A stretch of DNA of 64,000 nt from Candidatus Latescibacterota bacterium (GTDB lineage Bacteria; Latescibacterota; UBA2968; UBA8231): positions 1,696,001 to 1,760,000 of the forward strand of contig CBDETY010000003.1 in NCBI GenBank assembly GCA_965243025.1, written 5' to 3'. The stretch's first letter is position 1; each line of letters opens with the position of its first letter. This document shows positions 19,152 to 29,845 of the stretch, piece after piece. The notes under the pieces are model-generated. The model worked only from the letters and a program-made list of their open reading frames with translations, had not been told where the DNA came from and did no database searches. A program made the position numbers and the translations under genes.

Positions 19152-19421
19152 TCAGCGCCGAAGTTGGAGATCCTTGATGAGCTGGGCGTACCCTTCGGGG
19201 GTTTTTTTCTGGTAGTACCTCTGCAGCCGCCTCCGCCGCCCGATCAATTGCAGCAATCCGCGACGTGTCGCGAAATCCTGCCGGTGAGTCTGCAAATGGG
19301 TCGTGAGCTTCACGATCCGTTCCGACAGGATGGCAATCTGCACCGCCACAGCTCCCGAGTCGGTTTCGTTCCTTCCGTACTTGACGGTCAGTTCCCTGGT
19401 TCGCTCTGCAGTAATGGACAA
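19152..19421 (-). CDS. rpsO: 30S ribosomal protein S15
   Basis: DSG..AVQIAILSERI..LT.HL..H..D..TRRGLL; 89 aa, upstream of pnp. Confidence 0.96.
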   Translation of the reverse strand: MSITAERTRELTVKYGRNETDSGAVAVQIAILSERIVKLTTHLQTHRQDFATRRGLLQLIGRRRRLQRYYQKKTPEGYAQLIKDLQLRR

Positions 19422-19457
19422 AGTCTCCCTCCATGAGAATCGGAATTGGTCAATCCT

Positions 19458-19853
19458 TCACTTGTCGCCTTGTTCAGTGGACTGAATTACCTCTCGCGCT
19501 CTCTCGACGTCTTTTTCCAGCTGTTGAACCAAGGTCTCGAGGCTGGGAAAGCGCCGTTCATCCCGCAATTTCTCGACTGTTCGGATTCGCAAGGTCTTTC
19601 CGTACAGATCTCCGGCGAAATCAATTATATGGACCTCAACAGCCAACTCGCCGGATGAAAAGGTCGGCCTGACCCCCACGTTTACGACCGCGGCATGCTC
19701 CATTCCTGCTCCTGCCCAGAATGCCGTTGCGGCATATACTCCGGTCTCGACAATCCTCCTTACGTCCCCCTCGACATCGAGATTGGCAGTAGGAAATCCG
19801 AGCGTCCGTCCCCGACCGTCCCCAGCCACCACTTTTCCAGTCACCGCGGGCAT
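19458..19853 (-). CDS. Monofunctional riboflavin kinase (RibF C-terminal domain only)
   Basis: Motifs GRTLGFPTAN, GVY, NVGVRPTF, EVHIIDF..DLYG and LRDERRF. Only 131 aa. Confidence 0.9.
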   Translation of the reverse strand: MPAVTGKVVAGDGRGRTLGFPTANLDVEGDVRRIVETGVYAATAFWAGAGMEHAAVVNVGVRPTFSSGELAVEVHIIDFAGDLYGKTLRIRTVEKLRDERRFPSLETLVQQLEKDVERAREVIQSTEQGDK

Positions 19854-19892
19854 CCGGGCGGTATCCGGAAAACCTGTGCGCGGGCAGGGCCG

Positions 19893-20837
19893 TCAGTCCT
19901 CAACTCCATCCGGCAGCAGAACCTTTGCCGGCCGTAACCTCGAACGGCTGCCGCCGACCCAGGCCCCAAGACCACACAGACGTTCTGCTTCGTCATATAC
20001 TACGCATGTCTCCACATTCGCGTCTTCCACCACACCGGTTGTTGACGCAGGTTCGCCAACCGATTTCGTGGCGACGGTCCCGCCCTGCAGAAACGTCTTT
20101 GCTTCCCGGGGCGCCAGCCTAACCGCAGGAAGCGAACTCAAAGCGCGGGCAGTCGGGACCAGGATTTCCTCGAGCCCGCTCTCATCTACGGCCTTCTGCA
20201 CCTCCTCCACAGTCACCGCAACCGACAGGTCCAAGCTCCCGACTCTCGTCCTGCGCAGGTCGACCACATACGCACCGCACCCCAGGGCGTCGCCAATATC
20301 CATCGCCAGCGAACGGATGTAGGTCCCCTTGGAACAGACCACGCGCATTTCGAAGTCGGGGAATCCGTACTTCAAAACTTCGAGCTGCATTATTCGAACC
20401 GGCCTTGCTGGTATCTCTACCGCCTTTTTCCGGCGAGCGAGATGGTAACTGCGAACCCCGCCGACTTTCACCGCGGAGTGAGCCGGGGGGATTTGCCAGA
20501 TCTCGCCGCGGAAGCGGCCCACAACCGCGCCGGCCTCATCCTCGCTCGGAATTCGCATTTCCGGCACCGGTTCGATGACGCCTTCGGAGTCCCCGGTATC
20601 GCTCCTGGCTCCGAGGCGCAGACGCACCAGGTATTCCTTGTCTGTCCCCGCAATTGTTTCACTCAGCCGTGTATAGGTGCCAAAGCAGAGCACCAATACC
20701 CCTGTTGCGAGCGGGTCGAGAGTACCGCAGTGACCGATGCGTTGCATACCAAGGGTCCGACGCATCCGGGCGACAATATCATGCGACGTCGGACCTGCTT
20801 CCTTGTCAATGGCAAGGATTCCTCGACCGGGCTTCAT
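19893..20837 (-). CDS. truB: tRNA pseudouridine(55) synthase
   Basis: Motifs GHCGTLDPLATGVL, CSKGTYIRSL and LRRTRVG. Confidence 0.96.
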   Translation of the reverse strand: MKPGRGILAIDKEAGPTSHDIVARMRRTLGMQRIGHCGTLDPLATGVLVLCFGTYTRLSETIAGTDKEYLVRLRLGARSDTGDSEGVIEPVPEMRIPSEDEAGAVVGRFRGEIWQIPPAHSAVKVGGVRSYHLARRKKAVEIPARPVRIMQLEVLKYGFPDFEMRVVCSKGTYIRSLAMDIGDALGCGAYVVDLRRTRVGSLDLSVAVTVEEVQKAVDESGLEEILVPTARALSSLPAVRLAPREAKTFLQGGTVATKSVGEPASTTGVVEDANVETCVVYDEAERLCGLGAWVGGSRSRLRPAKVLLPDGVED

Positions 20838-21201
20838 CGCCGCTGCCGGCAGATCCTGTTGCAGACACCGCCTTTTCTATGAGTGCCGTCAGTCGCGCCC
20901 CTCTCTCCGGGGTGTCGTCGTATGCCAAACTGATTTCGGGAGCCTGACGCATGGAAATCCGTTGTGCGATCTCGTACCGGATATGGCCGAGTGCATTCTC
21001 GAGCGCCGCAATCGCCTGCGTCTTCTCCTTTTCCGAACCGAGAACGCTGACGAACATTCGCGCGTGTTTCAGATCCGGTGACACTTCTGCGTCCGCTACC
21101 GTAACCAATCGGATGCGCGGATCCTGGAGGTTCCTGACGATGTCACTGAACTCGCGGTGCAGCGATTCGCGAACCCTGCTGACCCGGTGTGAGGCGCCCA
21201 T
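20806..21201 (-). CDS. rbfA: Ribosome-binding factor A
   Basis: DPRI, VSPDLKHARMFVS and PEISLAYD; lies between infB and truB. Confidence 0.94.
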   Translation of the reverse strand: MGASHRVSRVRESLHREFSDIVRNLQDPRIRLVTVADAEVSPDLKHARMFVSVLGSEKEKTQAIAALENALGHIRYEIAQRISMRQAPEISLAYDDTPERGARLTALIEKAVSATGSAGSGDEARSRNPCH

Positions 21202-21209
21202 AAACGGGA

Positions 21210-21491
21210 CTACCGCTCCTCAACAGAAGCGTCGAGCACCTGCACCCGGCCCTCGTCTTCTATGTAGCGGATCGCTTTTGATATCACCTCGTCCGCATGG
21301 TCCATTCCGTTGCTGACGACGGCGAGTGCCAAGGTACTGCGCTGCCATAGTTCGCTGAATTCCACTTCGGCCACGGACACGTTGAAGCGGTTGTGCAGGC
21401 GATCCTTGAGGCTCTTGAGAACCTGCCGCTTGTCTTTCAGCGATCTGCTTTCCGGCAGGTACAGCTGAACTTCACCTACCAATACGATCAC
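21210..21491 (-). CDS. DUF503 (YlxP-like) protein
   Basis: SLKDKRQVLKSL...RFNVSVAEV; canonical position after infB. Confidence 0.9.
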   Translation of the reverse strand: MIVLVGEVQLYLPESRSLKDKRQVLKSLKDRLHNRFNVSVAEVEFSELWQRSTLALAVVSNGMDHADEVISKAIRYIEDEGRVQVLDASVEER

Positions 21492-21524
21492 TTTCCAGTA
21501 CGGATAATTCCAAGTGGGAATGGA

Positions 21525-23921
21525 TCAAAGGGAACGAGCTGCTTCCACAACTTCCAGAACCTCAAGGGAGTCCCCTTCCGAAATGTCCTCGAAACCAGCT
21601 ACCGCCACCCCGCACTCGAAGCCCTCGAGGACCTCCCGGACATCGTCCTTGAAGCGTCTCAGTGAAGAAATGCTGCCTTCGAAAAGCGACTCGCCATCGC
21701 GCATCACGCGGACCTTGTTGTTGCGCGTGATCTTGCCACTCTGGACATAACAGCCGCCGATCTTGCCATCCCGGGAGGAGGAGAAGATCTGTCGAATCTC
21801 CAGGGTTCCGATGACGCGCTCCTGGAGTTCCGGAGCGAGCAGACCCGAAAGCGCCGCACGCAGCTCTTCAAAAACTTCGTAGATAACTTCGTAGTTCCGA
21901 ATGTCCACGCCGTCCCTGGCGGCAATCTCCCGCGCCTTCGCCTCTGTCGACACGTGAAAGGCGATGACGATTGCATCCGACGCGGCGGCCAGAAGCACAT
22001 CCGATTCCGATACCTGGCCGACACCGCTGTGTATGACCGAAATCCGAACCTCTTCATGGGTAATGCCGCCCAGTTCCTGGGTTATCGCTTCCACGGAGCC
22101 GTCGACATCCCCCTTAACGATCACCTTGAGCTCGTTGATTCTCTTTTCCTGGATCTGAAACTGAAGATCCCCCAGCGTCATTCCGCGACTGCTGCGGATT
22201 TCGTGCTCGCGCTTGATCTGCTGCCGCCTCTGGATGATTTCGCGCGCCTCACGCTCGGAAGGCGCCACCGCGAAGTTGTCCCCTGCCTGGGGTACTCCGC
22301 TTCCGCCCAGGACCTGAACAGGAATGGAGGGCCCTGCCTCCCGGACTCTTTGCTGATGCTCGTCGAACAGGGCTCTCACCCGCCCGCCGGACACTCCCGT
22401 TACGAACGGATCTCCGACGCGCAGAGTGCCCTCCTGCACCAGTACGGTGGCAACAGGACCCCTGCCCTTGTCCAGTTGGGCTTCAATGATCGTGCCGCGG
22501 CATCTCCTGTCGCGGACTGCCTTGAGCTCGAGGAGTTCCGCTTCCAGGATCACCAGTTCGAGAAGCTTTTCGATCCCTTGCCCCGTTATCGCCGAAATCT
22601 CCGCGCATGGAACCTTGCCGCCCCAATCCTCCAGAAGGACGCCACGCTCGCTCAATTGCCGCTTGACCTTTTCGGGATCTGCGGTCGGCAGGTCCATCTT
22701 GTTGATGGCTACTACAATGGGAACCTGTGCCGCCTTGGCATGGTCGATAGCCTCGACCGTCTGGGGCATGACGTCGTCATCGGCGGCAACGACAAGGATT
22801 ACCAGGTCGGTGACCCGCGCACCCCGGGCGCGCATGGCGGTGAAGGCGGCGTGTCCCGGAGTATCGAGGAAGGTTATTGCCTCGCCATTGGGAGCGGGAA
22901 CTGCGTAGGCTCCGATATGTTGAGTAATTCCCCCGGATTCACCCTCGACCACATCGGTTTTGCGCAGAAAATCCAGCAGCGAAGTTTTTCCGTGATCTAC
23001 GTGACCCATTACGGTGACAACCGGCGATCGCGGTTCAAGCTCGCCCGTCACTTCCTCTTCGAGTCCGAGATCCTCCTGCAGTTCCTCTTCCTCCTCCTCT
23101 TCCATCGGCCTCGCTTCAAAACCGAATTCGTCCGCCACGGTCACGATCGTGTCCATGTCGAGGCGCTGGTTGATCGTGACGACGACCCCGAGCTGCAGAC
23201 AGGTGGCGATCACCTCGGCGGAACGCACCTCCATCTGATCGGCCAACTCTCCGACAGTGGAGAATTCCCTGACCCTGATCTGGTGTGCTCCACCTCCCGC
23301 TCCCTCTTCCCCCTCCTCGCCGCCCCCGCGGTCGTAGCGGCGCCTGGTCCGGCCTTCTGCGATCTCGCTCAGGGTTTTACGGACGTTGTCCTGAACCGAC
23401 TGGGTATCGGTCTGCCGCCGGCGCCTCGGCCTTCCTCCGCCTCGCCAACGACCGCTGAGGTCGGACGCGGTGTCGGGGGCGACGTCCCCAGGTTTGCCTG
23501 CCGGCTCCCGGCGCTCTGAGCTGTCCCCGCGTTTGCCACGACGTTTGGAGCGTCTTCGATCACCTTCTTCCTTTGTCGGCAGGGGAGTTATTCCCGGGGC
23601 CCGTTGTCTCCCGATTATCTCGCGGACGCGCTGGCCGGCTCCACGATCTCCCGGTGCGGGAGCATCGCTTCGCGTCCGGCCTGCCCGGGCCTGGCGCTCC
23701 TGTCGTCGTCGAGACTGCTCTTTCTCCTTCTGTCGCTGTACCTCCTCCTTCGAGGCCGTTTTCTCTTCTTCGATCTTCCTGGTGATCGCCTCGGTCATCT
23801 CGGGCGTCACCACGCTCATATGACTTCTGACCTCGTGACCGAGCGACTTGAGCATCGAGATAAGCGCGTCACTCGAAAGCTTGATTTCCTTTGCTACCTG
23901 GTAAACCCTGCGTTTTTCCAA
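21525..23921 (-). CDS. infB: Translation initiation factor IF-2
   Basis: Motifs MGHVDHGKTSLLD, GGITQHIGAY, DTPGHAAF and NKMD. Confidence 0.98.
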   Translation of the reverse strand: MEKRRVYQVAKEIKLSSDALISMLKSLGHEVRSHMSVVTPEMTEAITRKIEEEKTASKEEVQRQKEKEQSRRRQERQARAGRTRSDAPAPGDRGAGQRVREIIGRQRAPGITPLPTKEEGDRRRSKRRGKRGDSSERREPAGKPGDVAPDTASDLSGRWRGGGRPRRRRQTDTQSVQDNVRKTLSEIAEGRTRRRYDRGGGEEGEEGAGGGAHQIRVREFSTVGELADQMEVRSAEVIATCLQLGVVVTINQRLDMDTIVTVADEFGFEARPMEEEEEEELQEDLGLEEEVTGELEPRSPVVTVMGHVDHGKTSLLDFLRKTDVVEGESGGITQHIGAYAVPAPNGEAITFLDTPGHAAFTAMRARGARVTDLVILVVAADDDVMPQTVEAIDHAKAAQVPIVVAINKMDLPTADPEKVKRQLSERGVLLEDWGGKVPCAEISAITGQGIEKLLELVILEAELLELKAVRDRRCRGTIIEAQLDKGRGPVATVLVQEGTLRVGDPFVTGVSGGRVRALFDEHQQRVREAGPSIPVQVLGGSGVPQAGDNFAVAPSEREAREIIQRRQQIKREHEIRSSRGMTLGDLQFQIQEKRINELKVIVKGDVDGSVEAITQELGGITHEEVRISVIHSGVGQVSESDVLLAAASDAIVIAFHVSTEAKAREIAARDGVDIRNYEVIYEVFEELRAALSGLLAPELQERVIGTLEIRQIFSSSRDGKIGGCYVQSGKITRNNKVRVMRDGESLFEGSISSLRRFKDDVREVLEGFECGVAVAGFEDISEGDSLEVLEVVEAARSL

Positions 23922-23940
23922 AAGGAGATCCGCCCGTTAT

Positions 23941-25491
23941 TCACTCGCTTCGTTGGTTTACTTCCTCGTTTGCAACGGCAGATTCATCGCTACTGGCGGC
24001 ATTGCCTGGTTCGCCGGCGGCGGGAAACGCGTCTGTTTCTGAAACTCCTGACCCCGCATGGCTCCCGGCGGTGGTGGCGGGCACGCTTGCAACTTCGGTT
24101 TCCGCACTGACTGCGGGGATATCCCGCAACTTCGCCCCTTCAGCGGCCTCGGCGGTTTCTTCCCTGGCAGCCGAAGCCTCCATCGCTTCAAGCTCCTGGA
24201 TCGTCGCAGGTCGCAACTCTTCCCCACGCGCCCCCGCCGCGCTCACGTATTCTTCTGCCTTTGCCTTGAGCCTGGCAGCAAGAACTCCATCTTCATCTTC
24301 GAGACCGGGCACGGTCTGCAGAAGTTTGACCTCGACCTCCGCGATCGCCCGGATCGAGATGAACCCCGAACTGGCCAGACTGATGGCAATCAGTTCGCTG
24401 ACTCCCTCCAGCTTCCGCAGCTCCTGCTGGCTCTCATCGATCCGTTGCCGTCGGACCTGGTACTCTTCTTCCGTGAGGATATCGAGACCCCACCCTGTAA
24501 GCTGCACGGCGAGGCGGGAATTCTGGCCCGATCTGCCAATCGCCAGGGAAAGCTGGTCCGACTCGACGATTACAGAAGCCCGTTTGCGCCTTTCGTCGAC
24601 GATGACACGGGATGTCGCAGCAGGACTGAGTGCGCGGGATATAAAAATCTGAGGTTCGTCGATCCAGGGCACGATGTCGATCCGCTCACCGCTGAGTTCT
24701 CTGACGATCGCCTGTACCCGGGATCCCTTCACTCCGACACATGCGCCGACAGGATCGACTCTCTCGTCGTTGGAACTCACTGCGATTTTCGCCCTTTCGC
24801 CAGGCTCCCTGGCGACGGCGTGTATCTTCACGATACCTTCCGCGATTTCGGGCACCTCGATGGAAAACAGCTTGCGCAGGAACTCGGGGTGGGTGCGAGA
24901 AAGCAGCACCTGAGGGCCGCGGCTGGACTTCAGAACTTCGTAGATGTATCCGCGAACGCTGTCCCCCTGGCGGTATCTCTCGCGCCGGATCTGCTCTTTC
25001 AAAGGAATCGCGGCTTCCGCCCGCCCGAGGTTCATGATGATGTCCCCGTGGCTGATCTGCTGAACGATCCCCGATTCTATCTGAGTCAGTCTGCCGCTGA
25101 ATTCGTCGTAAATCCTGTCGCGCTCCGCCTCCCGAACCCGCTGGATCAGAATCTGCTTGGCTGCCTGAATCGCATTTCGACCGAAATCGGCAAGGTTCAA
25201 CTCCTCGAAGACGACCGATCCCAGCTGCGCCTGCTTGTCGATCTGACGCGCATCCTCCAAGTCGATTTCAAGTTCGGGCTCGTTGACCTCTTCGACCACG
25301 GTCTTGCGAGCCAGGACTGCCATATGTCCAGTATCGGCATTGAGCTGGACCTCGAAGTTGTCGGCATTTTCAAACCGCTTCTTTGCTGCTGATACCAGAG
25401 CGTCGGTCAAAGTCTCGATTACCAGCCGACGATCCACGTTCTTCTCCCTGGCTATCTGACTGAGCGCTTCGACTATGTTGATGTTGTTCAT
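23941..25491 (-). CDS. nusA: Transcription termination/antitermination factor NusA
   Basis: Motifs FGRNAIQAAKQ, AREPGERAKIAV, DPVGACVG and SLAIGRSGQN. Start set at ATG 25491. Confidence 0.97.
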   Translation of the reverse strand: MNNINIVEALSQIAREKNVDRRLVIETLTDALVSAAKKRFENADNFEVQLNADTGHMAVLARKTVVEEVNEPELEIDLEDARQIDKQAQLGSVVFEELNLADFGRNAIQAAKQILIQRVREAERDRIYDEFSGRLTQIESGIVQQISHGDIIMNLGRAEAAIPLKEQIRRERYRQGDSVRGYIYEVLKSSRGPQVLLSRTHPEFLRKLFSIEVPEIAEGIVKIHAVAREPGERAKIAVSSNDERVDPVGACVGVKGSRVQAIVRELSGERIDIVPWIDEPQIFISRALSPAATSRVIVDERRKRASVIVESDQLSLAIGRSGQNSRLAVQLTGWGLDILTEEEYQVRRQRIDESQQELRKLEGVSELIAISLASSGFISIRAIAEVEVKLLQTVPGLEDEDGVLAARLKAKAEEYVSAAGARGEELRPATIQELEAMEASAAREETAEAAEGAKLRDIPAVSAETEVASVPATTAGSHAGSGVSETDAFPAAGEPGNAASSDESAVANEEVNQRSE

Positions 25492-25596
25492 CTGTCTCCA
25501 GAGAATGGCGGTTTCCAATTCATTGCGCGTTCAATAGCAAGCTGCTTTGAGAAACCGGGGCAAACCCGAATCTGTCAATCAGGCCAACCCTGCATT

Positions 25597-26103
25597 TCAC
25601 ATTTCCACTTGAATCGTCGCCTTCACTATTTCCGAGCGATGGATGCGATCCACCACCTCTTCAACCTGCAACTCGATCGCGTCGTTGTCCCAGTCGGCGA
25701 GCCGCCCGGAAACAGAGCGCCCCGAATTGAGCAGGACCTTCAGGTGTTTTGACAAGGCGCGCGCGAAGTCGCTGTCGGTGACGAGAGGCCGGTCAAGGCC
25801 GGGAGACGTGACCTCGAGACGGTAGCGACCTGAAACCGGGTCTTCGACATCGAGCAGGTCCCCAACTTCCCGGGAGATCGACTCACACAGGTCAAGGGTG
25901 ATTCCAGGATCTTTGTGGATCAGAAGTCGGATGGAGCGGGAATTTCTCTTTCCCATAACCTCGACATCCACAAGCGATACCTCATAATCAGAGAGGACAG
26001 GCTCGACAAGGTCAACCAGGAGTTGCCGCAAAGCCTCTGGATGAGCATCGAATTCACGATGGCGGTCCGTGCAGGTCTCCGGGGTATCGGTTATCCGGCT
26101 CAT
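25597..26103 (-). CDS. rimP: Ribosome maturation factor RimP
   Basis: GITLDLC and YRLEVTSPGLDRPL; upstream of nusA. Confidence 0.93.
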   Translation of the reverse strand: MSRITDTPETCTDRHREFDAHPEALRQLLVDLVEPVLSDYEVSLVDVEVMGKRNSRSIRLLIHKDPGITLDLCESISREVGDLLDVEDPVSGRYRLEVTSPGLDRPLVTDSDFARALSKHLKVLLNSGRSVSGRLADWDNDAIELQVEEVVDRIHRSEIVKATIQVEM

Positions 26104-26306
26104 TTATTCACGTGCTGTCAGCGGGAATACGCCAATGCCATGGAACCCTGTACTCAGAGTCAGATATAGACTTCTAAAGATAGAGTCATTCGTAGGAGTT
26201 ATGCAAGATGGAATAATACAGATTCGCAGATTGTTTCTCTAACGCCCTCTGGTTCAATTGATTAGCAGAAATAGGCCACGCGTGTTCCTGCGGGGCAGCA
26301 ATTCGG

Positions 26307-26810
26307 TCAGGAGAGAAACTTCAGGAGGCTCTCAAGCTCAGTCCGCAATTCCGACAGGAACTGGAAAAGCTGTCGACGGTCAGTGTGGCTGTTGCGGCCC
26401 CCGCCCGAGTCCGAGCCCGCCCTGGCTGGAGCCCTTGCGGGCGGCAGGCCTGCAGGGGCCTCAGGTGTGGGCGACGTCGCCATCCCACCCCCGGCATGGC
26501 GGAATTCCGTGCCCGACTCCCCCGCGCTGCGGACGAGCTCGGGCTCGTTCTTCAGTTTCTGCCGTGCACCGCGAGTCGAATAGCGATCGTGGTGCAACAG
26601 ACGCTTTATGAGGAGGATGATGCCTATGTCGCGCTCGCGGTAGGCGCGGTTTTTCCCGCGCACCCGGCGGGGCCTCAGACAGGGAAATTCCTTTTCCCAA
26701 GCGCGCAAGGTGTACTGCGGCAATTTGGTAATCTCTGCAACTTCCCCAATGCTGTAATAGAGCTTCCTATCCAGGGCGCGTCTTGATCCGGATGAGCCGA
26801 ATGGGGACAC
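26307..26810 (-). CDS. MerR-family HTH regulator
   Basis: KLYYSIGEVA...LRAWEKEFP.LRP...R.YRERDI. Confidence 0.88.
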   Translation of the reverse strand: MSPFGSSGSRRALDRKLYYSIGEVAEITKLPQYTLRAWEKEFPCLRPRRVRGKNRAYRERDIGIILLIKRLLHHDRYSTRGARQKLKNEPELVRSAGESGTEFRHAGGGMATSPTPEAPAGLPPARAPARAGSDSGGGRNSHTDRRQLFQFLSELRTELESLLKFLS

Positions 26811-26825
26811 CTGTTCGAAAAACTC

Positions 26826-28202
26826 CTATCCTGCCGGGTTGCCCTTGCGGTGTCGGCTTCGCCAGAAGATTCTCACCGGGGAACCCTCAAAATCAAAGGC
26901 TTCCCGAAGGCTGTTTTCCAGATAGCGAGAGTAGGAATCAGACACCAATTCGGGATGATCTGCAAAAACGATAAAGGAAGGTGGCGATACCGACTGTTGT
27001 GTTGCATACAGGATATTTACCGAACGTCCACTTCCACGGGCAGCGCTATTCGCGACCCGCCGTAAATGCCTGTTCAGACGTGCTGTTGGCACTCGACGTC
27101 GCCGGCTGTCGAAAACTGCAGCTGCAGTTTCCAAACATCTCGAGACCCGGCTCCCTGTCAAGGCGGAAAGAACTACAAATGGAAAATCCCGGAGGAAAGG
27201 GTATTGTCCTCGAATGCCGTTGGCGAACTGCCCGGCGTCCTTGGGGAATTCGATGGCATCCCATTTGTTGACGGCAACGACCATTCCGCTTCCAGACTCC
27301 AAGATCTTGGACATGGTCCTGGCGTCCTGCGTCGTGACTCCCTCGACCGCGTCGATCATCGCCAGGGTGACATCCGCCTGCTCAATCGCACGTGTCGCGC
27401 GCAGCGAACAATAGTACTCCACCGGGTCATCGATCCGACGCCGCCTGCGCACCCCGGCCGTGTCCATCAGCAGGAACCGGCGTCCCTCCCACTCGATGCG
27501 GATTTCGGTGGTGTCGCGGGTGGTACCGGGCCGGTCGTGGACGATGGAGACCCGAGACCCGGCGAGTCGGTTCATCAGGGTGGACTTCCCGACGTTAGGC
27601 CTGCCGGCAAGCACCACCCGAATCGCATGCTCATCATCCCCGGCATCGGCCGGAGTTCCCCGGGCTTCGAACCGGGCGGTAAGAGAATCAAGAAGGTCTC
27701 CCGACAGTCGCCCGGATGCCGCCGACACGGGAATCGGTGCCCCCAACCCCAGGCGGAAAAAATCCCCCAACAGCGAATCTTCCTGCCCTGGGTGATCGAG
27801 TTTGTTCACGACCACCAGCGACTCCGCACCGCTTCGTCGCAGCACCTCGGCGACTTCGCAGTCAGTGGCAGTGGCACCGGCAGCGGCGTCGCACACGAGC
27901 ATGACGATATCCGCCTGCTCCACGGCGCGCTCTGTCTGCACTCGTACCGCCGATTCGATTGCATCCCTGGAAAAGGGAACGAATCCGCCAGTATCCATCA
28001 GGGTAAAACGGCAACCATTCCACTCTGCCTCAACGGCGATGCAATCCCTTGTAATTCCGGGGTGATCGTCGGTAATTGCCTGCCGCCGACCTGCAAGCCG
28101 GTTAAACAGCGTCGACTTGCCGACATTTGGACGGCCGACGATAGCCACAAGCGGCCGCAACAATCCAGCCGGTAACTCCCATCCAGTCGGCTTTCGGTTC
28201 AC
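26826..28202 (-). CDS. der: Ribosome biogenesis GTPase Der
   Basis: Two GRPNVGKST G-domains, with DTGG/DTAG and NKLD/NKWD. Confidence 0.97.
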   Translation of the reverse strand: MNRKPTGWELPAGLLRPLVAIVGRPNVGKSTLFNRLAGRRQAITDDHPGITRDCIAVEAEWNGCRFTLMDTGGFVPFSRDAIESAVRVQTERAVEQADIVMLVCDAAAGATATDCEVAEVLRRSGAESLVVVNKLDHPGQEDSLLGDFFRLGLGAPIPVSAASGRLSGDLLDSLTARFEARGTPADAGDDEHAIRVVLAGRPNVGKSTLMNRLAGSRVSIVHDRPGTTRDTTEIRIEWEGRRFLLMDTAGVRRRRRIDDPVEYYCSLRATRAIEQADVTLAMIDAVEGVTTQDARTMSKILESGSGMVVAVNKWDAIEFPKDAGQFANGIRGQYPFLRDFPFVVLSALTGSRVSRCLETAAAVFDSRRRRVPTARLNRHLRRVANSAARGSGRSVNILYATQQSVSPPSFIVFADHPELVSDSYSRYLENSLREAFDFEGSPVRIFWRSRHRKGNPAG

Positions 28203-29605
28203 CGTGGTTCAGTTTCACCCCCATTTCCCGATCCGACGAAAAAGCCGAGTTCGGACAGCTGCCTGCCGTCGCCGCGGGAACGCACCGACGCCCGAATACC
28301 ACCCTCTCCGAGAAGGTTTCCGAGTCCGCGAGCAAGGTCGTACTCTCCGACCGAAATGGGGATCCCTGCGGCGGTCTGCAGATCAGCAACGGTCATTTCG
28401 TCGATTGTCAGGCCATCTCCGTTGATACAATTGGGAGGCAGTACAGCCAGGTCATGCGGACTTCCCTTCAATGCGGCAATGATATCCTTACCCGTCAGAA
28501 GGCCGGAAACGGTGATTCCGGTCCCGAAGAAATCATTTTCGACAGGGACAAGAGCGGCCTTGGGTAGTGCGAGTTCCCTCAGTTCATCGACCACGGGAGC
28601 GAGGAACCTCGCTGCCAAAGTTCCTGTCACCAAAGCCATCCGCACCGAAGTCCCCCGCCCCGCACTCAGGTTTGCAAGGCCGCCAAGATTCCGTTTTCCC
28701 CGTTCCCAACGGTCCAGAAACGTTCTCACCATTCCAATCCCGTTTTCGATCTGGGGGAAACTGTCATAGTCGCCTGCCTGCGGTGGTGGACGTCCAGCAA
28801 GTAGAAAAAACTCATCGGCAGCATAGATGAAGCGTTCTCCGAGTTCCTCGACGAACCTCGACCCCCAACTCTCCGCAGCCTCGAGGTAATCCACGGCAAG
28901 TTCCGGAGTAACAGACCGCAGACTCGGCAAGTGTGATCGGAAACGGGTAAGCCCAACCGGGACAAGGGCCAGGGAGCGAACATCCGGATAGAATTCGGCC
29001 AAGTCGCGGACCGTGCGCTCCAGGTGCGAACCGTCGTTAATCCCGGGACAGATCACGACCTGTGCATGCATCTCGATTCGGTGCCCTGCGAGCAGGCGAA
29101 TCCTGTCAAGTATCGGGACGGTCGGTTGCCTGCGGCCTAACATTTGCTGGCGAAGCGATGGATCAGTCGCGTGAACGGAGATGAACTGGGGCGAGAGTCT
29201 CTGCTCGATGATACGCTGGAGATCCTTTTCCCTCATGTTGGTAAGGGTGACGTACGATCCGTGCAGGAAAGACAATCGATAGTCGTCGTCCTCAAAGTAG
29301 AGGCTTCGCCGCAAACCCTTCGGCATCTGATGCAGGAAACAGAAGACGCATTTGTTGTTGCAGCGCCTCAGCCGCATCTCCTCGAAGTGGATCCCCATAT
29401 TCTCGCCATGCACCCTGTCGATCTCGACGGCATAGATCTCTCCTTCCCGTTCTACTTCGAACAGGAGCTGGGAATCCGCGCTGTGAACCTGAAAATCGAT
29501 GAGATCGCGAATTTCTTCGCCATTTACCGCCAGAATCCGGTCCCCACGCCGGAAACCTGCCCGCGCTGCCAGCGAACTTCCTTCGATATCCCTGACTGAA
29601 ATCAT
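28199..29605 (-). CDS. DUF512 radical-SAM-like protein with N-terminal PDZ domain
   Basis: CNNKCVFC, DDDYRLSFLHG and QIENGIG; commonly adjacent to der. Confidence 0.9.
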   Translation of the reverse strand: MISVRDIEGSSLAARAGFRRGDRILAVNGEEIRDLIDFQVHSADSQLLFEVEREGEIYAVEIDRVHGENMGIHFEEMRLRRCNNKCVFCFLHQMPKGLRRSLYFEDDDYRLSFLHGSYVTLTNMREKDLQRIIEQRLSPQFISVHATDPSLRQQMLGRRQPTVPILDRIRLLAGHRIEMHAQVVICPGINDGSHLERTVRDLAEFYPDVRSLALVPVGLTRFRSHLPSLRSVTPELAVDYLEAAESWGSRFVEELGERFIYAADEFFLLAGRPPPQAGDYDSFPQIENGIGMVRTFLDRWERGKRNLGGLANLSAGRGTSVRMALVTGTLAARFLAPVVDELRELALPKAALVPVENDFFGTGITVSGLLTGKDIIAALKGSPHDLAVLPPNCINGDGLTIDEMTVADLQTAAGIPISVGEYDLARGLGNLLGEGGIRASVRSRGDGRQLSELGFFVGSGNGGETEPR

Positions 29606-29845
29606 GGCTCTGGCTTCCGTTACCTCCCCCGGGTCACGAACAAACCTGGGGGCGCCGGTGTATCGGCCGGTAAATTCTGGGCAGTTTAGGGTAGATCAAG
29701 GGGGCGGGCTTCCAGTTGCAGCGACGAGAGGCTTTTCCGGCCAGCCCCGAAAACCTCCCGAAATGGACCGCTCTCTCAGCCGGTTGCATCAGGGAAGTTG
29801 CCGGGGGATCGTTTGCTCGGACGAAGGGTGCAGCGGGAAAAGAAA

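Noticed and set aside
458-22447. KOPS-like GGGNAGGG polarity around site A
   Set aside because: The few copies noticed by eye are in mixed orientation to the right of the site, so they give no support without a full count.
21954-23519. 521-aa antisense ORF over infB
   Set aside because: Antisense shadow of a conserved gene.
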